Source of the DNA: Catajapyx aquilonaris
Taxonomy: Eukaryota
Direction: 5' to 3'
Length of the DNA: 39,072 nucleotides
Assembly (NCBI GenBank): GCA_000934665.2
Contig: JYFJ02003676.1
Coordinates: forward strand, 1-39,072
In this document: one piece after another, positions 24,829 through 37,000 of the stretch
Layout: every line of letters starts with the position of its first letter
How positions within the stretch are numbered: position 1 is the stretch's first letter
Translations under genes and position numbers: made by a program
Notes under the pieces: generated by a model
What the model saw: only the letters and a program-made list of their open reading frames with translations
Told to the model about the DNA's origin: nothing
Database searches by the model: none

Positions 24829-25495
24829 TTTGTACTGTTCATATGGATTAAGGTCCGATGTTAGAGAGTACAATAATTAGAGCTGCAAATACCATTAGTT
24901 CTGAATGGCACCAAAATTTAGTGTAACTTCTCACTTCGGAAGCCTCGCGTCGTTAGGTCGTAAACTTGGGGTTTGCGACCTTAGGAAGCAGACTGGTCCG
25001 CAAGGTAAGACCAGTCGCGTGGGAGGGCAAGATCGAAGAGACATTGGGTGTATTCATGAGGACAGGCCAGATGGAAAGCTACTCGCAGTAATTATAATTA
25101 GGATGTGGGCCTGGTGGCGCTGCTGCTCTCCCTCGCAACTGCTCGTTCACGTATGCAAATGAGGCAAGATGTGGCAAAGTGCGAAGGGCGAAATGGCCGC
25201 AGAGGCAAACTGGAACTTGGGGGAAAAGGTGGGTGGGTGGGAAAAGGAGAAGGAGGAGGAGGAGAGAGTTGAGATGGAAGGAAGGAAGTTGCGGAAAGGG
25301 TCTCCGTGGTCTCTCTCTCCGCTTCCTTGCTTTGCCTCTTACTTCCATTCCTTTCGAGGAGTCCCTCCGCGTCCGGCAACAGGCCCCAAACCCATTTCCA
25401 CACCATTTCCATCCAGCACCCAAAAGCCCCTGCCTGCCCTCCTCCTCTCTAAGGAGCCCGCCTCTAAGATGGATGGGGGCGCGGATAGATGGGAA

Positions 25496-25530
25496 GGATG
25501 GATGGATGGATGGATGGATGGATAGATGGA
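25496..25530. repeat. (GGAT)n microsatellite
   Basis: Directly visible, with further copies at about 25546-25562. Confidence 0.9.
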
Positions 25531-28500
25531 AGGGTGAGCCTGCTGGGATGGATGGATGCATGGCTGCCTCCTCCCCTTCCACTCACCCAAAACCTACCTT
25601 CAAGATTCGCCTCTCATAGGAGACGCACCCCTACCATTTCTCCTTCCAAATGGATACTCAAATACATATCTATGATTTTTATACCCCCCCCCCCCCCTTT
25701 ATATGCAAACGACTTGTTCAAAATTGCGAGAATTCAGAATGTTCGGATGGCTGGAAATGTGCGTTGTGATAAAGGGGGATTTTAAGAATAAGTCGAAATT
25801 TGTGAATTTATTGAATTTAGACTATGTACATCAGTAAGCAATTTTTGACCAGTCATCTGGTGGGAAAGTGAATTTAACGCGCATCTGAGAGATAATAAAA
25901 ACAATTGGTTTAAATAAAATGCCGAGGGTACTAAAGCCACTCTTCATGATTAGAAAGGAATTATTTGCATAATATTGAAATTAAAGTTGTGTTTCAGCAT
26001 AAAGTGCAGAATTACGTCAGGTTTGAATATGCTGAAACTACTGTATCACCTGGTACTTTTAAAGTCAATTCACTATAGACGGAGATATCGCACGAATGAT
26101 AATGCTGCTTCTCGACACTTTGTACTTCAAAATATCAGCATGAAGTGAGGCCGCTGTTAATTTTGTAATTACAAAACGCTATAGCAAGTAATTACTGTAC
26201 ATCCATGCCCCAGTGTAAGCAGCCCAAATACTCGCGAAACGTAGCCATCTCCGGAATTTGTCGTGGAATTCGAGTGTCCGTCACGAGCTCCTCTCCTCTA
26301 AACGTCCACGCACATATACTCAACCGCAACAGTAATGCACAATAGAACCCGTAATGTGACTTACAGCTTCCAGGGCCTGGTTATAACAAACTGTTTCAGC
26401 ATGAAGCAGTGCTGCATAATTTCTGAAATTACATGAAATTAAATGTGAAACTTGGACTGATGATTATTATTGCGATATTAATGTTTTTATATTGATCAAT
26501 CAATTAGAATAGCCCCTGTACGGCAGCGTGAAGTGGCTGTCATTATTAATATCGCAGTTATAAAGGAATATGTTTTCTTAACACTCTTTAACATCGTTAA
26601 CCACACCCAGCCTTTCGGTGTTACCACTAGCGGCATTTCCTACAAGCTGAAGATTAAAATGTCCCAATTTTCCTCCAACAAGAGCCGAAGCGGCCTGGTT
26701 GGGTCCCGGGAGCTTGGTGGATGCGACGGAAGTTATAATGCATCATGAGCAGCAAGCAGCTCAAATTTTACAGTTAGTTGCTTTCCGGCAATAGTTTGGA
26801 CGTCATCCTTCCCCCTTCTATCCTACTATCCCCCCTTCCTTCCTATTCCTTTCCCCTTCCCTTCTCCCCACTCGAAACTATCTCAACTGCCAATATTTTT
26901 ATTCCGCGGATGTTTATCGGGGAATAAATTTCAAATCGCCGGATAAGCTTGAACGCTTGGCTTATCTTGGCCCGTGTCTAATGAGGAAGAAAGGCTTTCG
27001 AGGGGGGTGTGCAAACTTCTTTTTTCTCTCTCTTTCCTATTTCCCTTATTCTTCTCCTGCTATTGCTGTCTCTCTGAGACTAGCTTATAACTACAAATCG
27101 ATTTCATAAATCAGTTAAAACTGTGCCTTAAGTGGAAGTTAATGTTTTTTTTTTGGCTGTAGGTTAATTTAACGCCTGCTATATTGCGCCGGCTGCTGTT
27201 TTATTTATTTCATTACGTTTCTCCCACAGCAGCTGATTAGTATAGGTTTGTCTTTTTGCGGCAATGGCCAGGTTGGAGCAAGAGCAAGGAAGACCTAAAT
27301 TTGTGGGAGGGTTAGGAAGGAGGAGGGGAATGGGAGGGTTGGTAGAATTGAGAGGCTGAGGTCCCAAGAGTCCAATGGAAGGTCTGGCGAGAAGAGGAGC
27401 CTGCGGGAGGCATAAAGGTGGAAAGGTTTGGGGCACCACTTGAGGGCCAGATTATGCGGAGAAGAGGGCGAAGACAAGAGCCGCTCATTCTGGCCCGAGT
27501 CTCAGGAAGCCACACTATCCCTTTCAAATGCGCCCGAATTAGATTGCCAATCCCACAGCTCATCTTACCCGGCTTCCTCTACACTACACTACTAGCTCAA
27601 GTCCCGCTGAGCTCGCGACGATTACGCACACGCTTTAATACCGGGGGTTCAGGCTTATAACATTAAATTAGGAGAGGCCTCCTCGAAACAATAAGGGGTA
27701 GGTGTGACTAAAAACAGCTACAGGGCAAGGTGAGCCAAGGGAAGGGAAATATTTTAAATGTTGGGCACAAAAAATATTTAAAAATTCATTTCGGATCTCA
27801 CTTTTCATTCAGTTGGCTAAGGTGTTTGGTGAAAAAAGGGGCATTGGTGGAGTTGCAATTTCAAACTATTACCGTCCATTAAAAGTGTTCTAAAGACATT
27901 AAAACTCTTCTGGATTGAGCACGAAGATGAGAATACCCCAAGGAACTGCTCAGGTTCTTCGACTTATTTAGGTTATGCCAGAGGAGCTCTCTAGGCGACG
28001 GGATCGGTCTTTTTCCCTATGCCCTAAAGCATCGGGTACAAATCGAGCTTTTAACGCTACTTTTTTAAAAACCCTGCTGATATTATTTTGTCAAGGCATT
28101 GCTTTAGTGTTACAAATCTGCATGCACGAATATTAGAAGTCATGCATCACAAATGTCAACATTCTCAACCTTCTACACACGTGCGCAATTAGGTCATAAA
28201 ATACCTTGCGCATGTGTCAGAATTTTCTCAAAGAGAAGGTACAAAAGTAAACACTTCCCATAAACGATGCTGGATAATTCAAGGGCAGTAAGACTCGAGA
28301 AAGGTTGTCAGGTACGCCAGAAGGTACCCCAGCATTAGAAGTGTCAATTAGCGCATTTAGTGAGGCGGTTCGCCGATTCTTCCAGCGAAGGTTGTCACTC
28401 GCATGTCCGAAGGGAATCAGCAGAAATGTGGAAAGTTGCCCGGGGCGGGAAAACACTAATGAAGACACTCACCCCCCTCTCTCCCTCCCTCCCTCCCTCC

Positions 28501-29212
28501 CACACCTTTTCCCTTCCCTTCCCTCCTCGCAAAAGCCTTTCCGTCGTGATGCAGGAAGAGCCAATTCTTTAATTACGCAGCTTTGTCCCCGATATCTTGA
28601 ATTAAATATCAACTTCTTCCTAAGCCTTTTAGGAAGGTGACGTTCCCTTCCCATAAACTTCGACTTTAAAATAATCCGGCAGCCTGCGAGGAGCTCCCGA
28701 GGGCTTTGCCATTAGGCCCACCTCAAATGGAAGCCGTCACCGGATCACCGCCGAGGTGCCTTGCCTGCCATACCCCTTTGTCGACTAGCAAAATCAGCCA
28801 TGATATTGTACACACTCAGGAAATGCTATTTCGTATACAAGTCATGTATTGCAGAATTTTTTGAAATGAGCTACACGATCGCCCAATTTTAATTACTATA
28901 TGTAACTTGTAAGTACCAAGTATTCGTTATGGGTCGTGGGTGTGACTTGTGTCCTTGACACAGTACAAACATACAAATAAAAATCGCGCACGTCTGGACT
29001 TGATTCTCTCGAGACCCACATCCTTCATGCACACAAGTCGTTCTATAGCAGGTGGGAAGCAGGTGAAGATGTCTAATGAATGGCTGCTGGGCTCTTTAGT
29101 ATGCCGAGGGCTCATCAGGTTCCCTCCGGTGGCTTCCCCGAAGGTCCGCCAAGATCCAATTGGCCCCTGGCACGGCTCTCTGGGGGTGCATCCCGTCGAT
29201 GGCCTTTAGCCG

Positions 29213-29281
29213 GAAGAAGAAGAAGGGGAAGGAGGAGGACGAAGAAGAAGAAGAAGAAGAAGGGTGGTGGTGGTGGTGGTG
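29213..29281. repeat. Compound (GAA)n-(GGA)n-(GAA)n-(GGT)n microsatellite
   Basis: Directly visible. Confidence 0.9.
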
Positions 29282-30051
29282 CAGAGAAGTGGGCAAGGGA
29301 GGGAGGGAAAGGAACACACACACAGGCGAATTTGACGCCAGGGATGCGCCCCAAGGCTCCCCTCCCATTCAATTCAATTTCCGGGCTGCTTTGCATTCCG
29401 CACATGGTCCTCTCCATCCTGCAGCCTCCTCTTCTGGGACCAGCTCCTTTCAGCCGGACCAAGAGGAGTCAGATAGGCCACTTGCTGCTAGCTCATACCT
29501 TAATTGCCCTCGTCAGTCCAATCCCCTTGCATTTCTGCCCAGGAACTGCCCGGACTACATATATACGGATAACCGGATCTGACGTCGAGACTAAGCTGGG
29601 ATGACATTGCCAATACGCCGTGTGTGTGGTGACACATGTAACAGAATTATGTCGTGATATAAATAATATTGTCGAATTGGCTTGTAATGAAGTGCGCAAA
29701 TTAAGGCGATAAAACATGACGGGTTAAAATTGTAGAACATTCAAGTCATACTGGCATAATTTGATTTGATTTGAAGATTATTACACGATTAATAATAATA
29801 ATAATCAGATGCAATAATTTTAAAAAATTCAAACACTGAATTTCTGTCTTGCGAGCTACTTCATACCACCCTGCTCAAAGAACTGTATAACATCTTTTTG
29901 GCCCATACCAATCCTTACTTTCAAAAATATTCCACCACCTTTTTAAAAACCTCTCTTTAAAAAAAAACATCCAGGAGCGAGAATCTTGTTCCTCGCATCT
30001 CATCTCCAGAGGGAACTTTACGACTCCTGTATATTCAGGAGCATTTTTTGG

Positions 30052-30075
30052 CCTCCTCCTCCTCCTCCTCCTCCT
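30052..30075. repeat. (CCT)8 microsatellite
   Basis: Directly visible. Confidence 0.9.
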
Positions 30076-33000
30076 TCCCTCCTAACAATTGAGCCATTTG
30101 ATATAATCCAAGTTTAGCAACTGCAGTCTTTCGCCGAGACAGCCACTTTTGGAGTCGGGGCGAAGAGATATATCAAGCACGTCCACACTGTAAATCTATT
30201 CCCGCAGAAAGGTTGGCCCGCGCAACGACAATAGATTTATTCTGGATCCAGCGATATTCCCCTCTTCTATTTGGCCCCAACCAAAGTTATTACCGGGTCC
30301 GGCCCCCCCTCTTTTGCGCCTCCACTGATCAGTCATTATTTTCCACCACATTGAGCACATAGTTTTGGAACGATCCGCACACCATGTAAGAGGGGTTGCT
30401 CGAATTATGCAGGATTGAAGACTACTTTTCTATATAGGGAGCAGGGTACAAGGTGGCTAAGACATTTTGGAAAACGCCGGGTGTGCCTTTTGACTCTGAC
30501 GTCATTGGCCTACCGCGGGCTCCGGGCTCGAGAAGACAAATGCGCCGAGAAGACACGGAAAGGGAGGAAAAAGCAGGGGTTGGGGCCCAGCACATGAATC
30601 AGTGTTTCGTGTCAATAGTCCCCCCCGACTAGTTCTCTCCCCCTTTCCTGGCGAATGGGGTTATGTGGGTGGGGTGGAAGGCAACTGGTATCGCAAAAGA
30701 CTAAGATATGAGAATCGATTAGGTTTATAAACTCCGGGTCCTGGGCTCCGGGGGCTGGGAGATCGAGCCAGTGTTGCACCCTTTGGTATATGTCATATCT
30801 CGGGAGGGATCAGATACCTGTGTAATCAGGCGAGTCAGACGCCAATCATGACATCACTTTTGAGTCGCTGCTCGGGCCATTCTGAGTCGCAGCCGTTGCG
30901 TAACATCCAGTCTCCTTCAGTGATTAATATCGTTCTTTGCTTTTAATTTCCGAGACGATATGGTTCGCTTCCGGAGCGCTATGGTTCGTTTCCTAGGATC
31001 ATAGAAATTTCCGCTATAGTTCTTTGCTGCGAAAGTGTTGAAGCCCTTGCATCCGATTGCCTACAAGTGAACGACGCTTTTGATCGGTGACATCAGATGC
31101 AGTTCGATGGATGATTGTAATTCGTGTTGAATTCCGTCACTGTCAGGACAAAAAAATTGAAGCAAGCAGAAAAATATCCGATTTGTAAGCTCCCTTTTCA
31201 TTGACGATTCAACAGCAGAAAGTTATATTGCTGTTAATTTCTACACTTGCAGGATACATTAGTTTACACAATAATTATTTTTCATTGCATATTCTCCCTT
31301 GTCACGAAATCTTAAGCTATCCCCACCTTTTCGTGGCCTGAGCCTTGTGAGGTGGATAATTCAAAGCTTCATTTGTATAGAAAAATTCCAGGTATCGGCC
31401 TCGGTCATTTTCTTAAAGGATCTTCATTTTCAGAAGTAAAATTGATCCTCAGCAAATTTTAAAATGCTATTAACATGTGCATAAATAGGTGTCGAATTTT
31501 TATGTTTAAAAATGACAATTGTTGCCAAACACGATAATGGTATGCAACCACATTTTACTTCGCAGCTTTATTATCCGAGAATTGTATTCAAAATAGGATG
31601 AAAATGTTTTATTTGAAATTATGGGTACTTGTATCTCATAGCGAAAGATGCACAGAATAATCCTTTATCTTTGGATCCAACACTTCATTAGGTAGTACCA
31701 GCAGGCATACCTTTGTTGTATACCACAGACTGTCATCATCCTAAGCGTTTAAAAATAATTCTGAACCTGCTCCTTGTTCGCTTCATTTTTGCACTGATGA
31801 GAGATGGAGAGATGTTAACAGTACTTGGGAATATTCTGGCACTGTATAGCCTACTACCAAAATTCCAAAATAGATGTATAAGTCCACCGCATGTTTTAAC
31901 ATAAGCGACATGCGGTTACTAGCAAAAAAAATACCACAAGCAGAGCCATACAAGTTTAAATCAACCTCAAAAGTTCTTGCCCTCTGATAAAATCTGTACA
32001 GTTCTAGCATTGACGACACTGACCACAAAACCGCCCGTGGTACTACATTTTACAGTACATTCTCCGTATTGACTAGGCACGCATCTTTTTGGGCAAACGG
32101 AAACGTGAAACTTTTCCCTCCTCCTTTTCCCTTTTTCCTACGTCGAACTCCAGGAAGAGTATCTTTTCTGGTACAATTTTTTTCCTCTCTCCCTTCACCT
32201 CCACGCCAGCAGGCCGAGTCTGCCGTCCCTTGCGTCCCAGTTCCTATACACTTCTTGGTCGAAAAAGTTTGTGGACGGTCGGACGCATTTAAGAGGAGCT
32301 CCTTTTCCCTGGCAGTTTGAACAGGCTCAAAGCGATGAATAATTAATCGCCCATTTCCATCCGCTGACCAGTTGCTCCGAATCGCCAATGGGACTTGCAA
32401 CTCCCGGCTGTTGCTCGTCACCATCCCCAAAAGTTTCTACTGAAATTGTAGTTTTCAACTCGCATCGCGAAAACTCCTATGTTTTTCCGCCCCCTTTTTC
32501 CCTCCCTCCCTTCAACCTCCTCCCCCCTTCCTCCCTTCTCATCCAACCCTCGAACCATACCTCCTCTCCCGCCACTAGTGTTTCCACGAACAGAGTTCTC
32601 CGTTTTCTGGGATTGTCCGGCAGGCAATGATTGGATTAAAACGGCGAGAAACTATACAACGACAGCGAACAGGTTTCATCCACAGCTGCATTCCAACCAG
32701 AACCTCAGCTGCATTATTTTAACCAAGCAGGGTAAACACACATTGCGCATATAGGTACTTTGGAGTCGACTGTGTATTTGGGAGCAAAATAATACGTGTC
32801 GAAATTAAAATGAAATTGTATGTCATATAGATTCACAAAACAACTATTGTTAAAATGGATAAAATAATCTACATATTGGCAAATTACACAAATTGCTTTG
32901 ATTCACAACGGTCTCACTGTAAGAATATAGAAAGCATTTCATTGCAGACACAAGAAGCAATGCAGCAGGCATTTAGCCAGTCTCAACAGATTGGTACTAA

Positions 33001-33879
33001 TTAGCCAGAATCCACAAGTGACTTATGGTCTAGTCGACCTCCCCACAGCCTAACGCACTAAGAAAACAAAGTGCAGGGTAGGTCATAGCCAAGAAAGCAA
33101 GTCGAGTCGGGAGAGCCCCCAGCAGTGAGGGGTGAGTTCTGGGGTGGGTGGCTGCTCCATCTGGGACCAATCCTTTCTGTCTCATACCCATTCCTTCCTT
33201 CTCTTACCCCCACCTCCTCCCCCAGCCCACCGCGTCCGACTTAAATAAACTAGGCAGCACTTGAGAGATTGACATTAATGGGCCAAAATCCTGCTTAGAG
33301 CCAGGTCGGGACCATTTGCGGCTCCTTCAATTCACAAGCAGCCAAGAAGAGAGTACTACGCCAGGCTCTACTACTACAAGCCACCCCTACTACTAATACT
33401 ACGACTACTACCAGCCGACCGACCGAGAGGATTTACTCCAAACGAAGCGAAAACGCCTAATGACGCAAAGTTCGGATGAAAGGGGGGTGAGGGTGTAAGG
33501 GGGGGGGGGGTTTGGAGGGAAAGGCAGGTTGGGGAGAAGATTTGGCAACCGCATTCGTTGAATATGTAGGCGCAAGTTTCCGAGCGGCCATGTCCTCCTG
33601 AAAATTTCACGCCTTCTACACCTTTGCGCAGGTGAGGCCCCCCAAAAGTTGGCTCTTTCGCCTCTACCTTCCTGCAAGAGCCTTAAGCTGCGACCTCGGT
33701 TTCAATCGCAGCACTAATTATTTACAAACCTATCCATGCAGACAAAAACTAGGTACGGAACCAGGGGGAAAAAATTGCACACCACCTGATCCAACTTTCA
33801 TAAGTCACGTACGAGGTACTGTACAGTACCACTCTGGGTCAAATTCAGTGGTTCTACTACATTTATTTAAAGAAAAATT

Positions 33880-34015
33880 CATCCTGGACAGCGGGCTACC
33901 CGCATGACAGAAGAGACACTTGGGTGACCCTGGTGAGTCAGGATAAAAGTATCCTGACTCACCAGGGTCACCCAAGTGTCTCTTCTCTCATGCGGGTGGC
34001 CTAATTTCAAGGATG
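33880..34015. repeat. Near-perfect palindrome/hairpin
   Basis: 33898-33945 pairs with 33950-33997 (48 bp, 1 mismatch, loop AAAG). Imperfect pairing extends out to CATCCT (33880) / AGGATG (34015). Confidence 0.92.
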
Positions 34016-37000
34016 TTTCGTTCGAAATCATATTATTATTGGGCCAACATATTTACTACATGGACATGACTTAGGATGTCGTATATTCTAAAGGGGACAC
34101 CAAATAACATGGTGGGTCAAAGGAGGGGGGGGGGGATGCTCAATTGGAATGGCGTGACCCTTTCGTAAATCAAATGCAATGGGTTGATCGGACGTTATCG
34201 CGCCAGTCGAACTGCCCCCGACATTACCTCCTTACTGGGGAAAACTTTGGGCAGTAACTCTGATAGGAAAGAAGGTGGAGGCCACTGTTGCTGACCAAGA
34301 CGTTCTTCCACCTCGGCCACAACACACAAACTTGTTTGTTGCCAGCCTCCCATTATTTTTTTTTTTACTCCTCCTCCTCCTCCTCGATAAGGGAAGGGTC
34401 TAAATAAAACAGCCTATCGGAAGGACCCGCCTTCGAAATGGATGTCCCACAAGTTTGGGACCCGGCCGTTTCAATTACGAGGCTCGGTGTGGGGAGAGGG
34501 AGTGGGAAGGAAGGAAGGAAGGCGGGGGAGGGGGGGGGGAAGAAGGTCCCCATATATTCATTTCGCCTTCCACCACAAGCCAAGTCTCAACTCGTAAAAG
34601 ATTGACTCCGTTATTTTCCAGAGTGACCCACAAGCCGAGTCCGCCGCAAAAAGTGACAGTCTGACGCAATCGATAATAGTTTAGCTATAGTGCTTCCAGC
34701 AAGCGAATAAAAAAAAATCGGACAGGACGGTAAAATTCCGAGCATGTTTTTTAGGCTTAAGTGGACGGCTTGGAAGTCTGCACAAAAAAATAGAAAAAAA
34801 TATAGAGAGGGAACCGTGTGTGTAACAAAAGCCGCGAGTGTTCTGGACAGTGCGGTGAGGGACCCCCCGAGCATAACCAGAAGGTTGACTGGAACCTTGT
34901 AACTTTTTCATTAGCCGCATGATTTTATGGATGTCATACAGTCTGAACTGAAATTATCTGGGAAACCGAGGATTTTTGTGCCACCAGGGGGGGACAAGTG
35001 TCGCGCATTTGCATTATATGTTAGATCCCCGGCAGAGTGCGCTCGTTTTCCGAACCCTTTCCCCTTCTCTCTCTCTCCCCCCAATTTCCTGCTCCCAGCC
35101 CCACAGGGTTGTCCATATTTTCCACGTGCCCCCGCAAATTTACTTTTTCATAAGCCCACCTCTTAGCTCCCCCCTCGACATGCCTTATCCGATGTTTGCA
35201 ATCAAAACGAACCGGTGCTCTAGGACCCCACTGAACTTTCAAACTGCAACAATATGAAGGAAGCTGGTTTGGTCAACTTGACTAGTTTCTGCTTACCAGA
35301 ATTAATAAATTCTGAGGAAATAATTTGATCACTTGAAATATTCCGCCAATTTTGAACAACTTGTTACTGATTCAGTTCGGCACAATACAATGCAGAATTC
35401 GGGCAAAAATTGATGGGTTAAGAAATCTATGGGGGCCCATTTTGAATAAGCTAGTAGCATGGTTGGAATTGATCGGGTTGGGTTCCAAAAAGAAAGGATT
35501 TGGACATCCCTCCCTCAGCAGCAGCACATTTGCCGCGGATTTCCCTAACGCTGCAGTGAACCCAAGCACGACTGAACTTTTTCGAAGCGTGAACAACGGG
35601 CCAAATATCGTGCGGGAAACAGGGCATGGACACCGACATATGAGAACATGCCACTTGCAGTGGATTCGGACTCTGGACGTGCAAACGGGCGCCGCCATTC
35701 GGCATCAATTTTGCGTTCATCTTTCATCATGGCCCTCCGACCAGCTAAACTCCACAACCGCTCCCCAAAAAATAGAGGAAAAAAAAGTGTGCCCACGTCC
35801 CCTCATCTCTACCCCGAAAAAAATGGAGGCTGTGGGGGAAATGGGGGGTACACACCCTACCCTTTTCTGCACGCTGCTGCACTCGCTTTACACACGATGC
35901 TGCCTCGCCACTCTGCAGTTCAAGTCTCCGCCAGTGTGCACCGAATTTCATGTTGTCACTTTTGACATGTCACTGCACACTTTGTCATCACGGAACTTAT
36001 TTTCTGGGGCATGTTATTGTGTGACAACCAGAAACGCGACCGGGGAGGTTTTACTGCGTTGTAAATGCGACGCATTTGTGAGGAACTTGGGCGGACCAAA
36101 TGGGATTTTTGCTCCTTTTGGTCTGTGAATGGATGATTTTTAGCAGGATTTTAAATGTGTTTATTGCACAATTAGTCGAGTTTGAAATGTTAAGTTAAAC
36201 TGATCTTAACAGAGGAAGGTATGCACAATCTGTGTGGGTGTAGGACTCTATGTTATATATCAGTAATTCATTCATGTCCGCCTCAAGTTATTCCCATCCA
36301 CTACGTCTGGCCATGCTCCGCGTCCTTCTTCCAACCATATCTACCCCAAGCTGACCCCTGAAGTGAGGGACCACATAAATATGAGTCTAAGTCGCTACCA
36401 GTTGATTTCTCGACCTTTTCAACCCCTACATTTTATACTTGTTTTTGGCACAGAAATGCACTGCCATGCTTCAATCTACTCCAAGATGGCGAAGAAAGGA
36501 AGTTGCAATAGGGTTTGAAATAAGTTACCAAAAACACTATTGTCTGTTGGAGTGTTGTCACTTTCTGTCGGGACATACTTCATGTGTGCTTCCCATCTTC
36601 CATGCCGGCAAAGCTTAATCAAGTATGGAAACAAATGCAATGCGGGGGTTCATTGCCAAAGTATGTAAGTGGGCTTCCCAGCGGTTTTCAAGTGTCGAAA
36701 TAAAGTTGACAAGTCCCATTTCGACTCCGGCCCCAATGCCAATATCAGGCCTGGAAAGATGGAGGTTCAGGTAAACCCACAATATCCGCTAAACTAAAGT
36801 TTCTTAATTAACACTTCAAAAGCCAAAGCGAGTAGTGTCACCGCATGCAAAATCCCCCCCACCTTCACATCACCCATTCTTATGGGCCAACTTTTGAGCC
36901 AGAAACAGGCAACAGTGTCCTCCGACTTGATTTCCTCCCCCAGACTTAGTGATTAAATTTTTTTTTGCTTCAATGTCGCAAGTGAACCGCGCGAGTACCT

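Noticed and set aside
26710..26748. GCDGS peptide (and TPGCTG near 14210) resembling a Myt1 C2HC finger
   Set aside because: The flanking Cys/His ligands are absent; these are chance matches.
35312..35345. Minimal hammerhead ribozyme (CTGAGGA...GAAA)
   Set aside because: Stems I and II cannot form.
35352..36128. 258-aa ORF, the longest in the track
   Set aside because: Starts at TTG, has no recognisable domain or convincing exon structure, and is overlapped by other uninformative ORFs.
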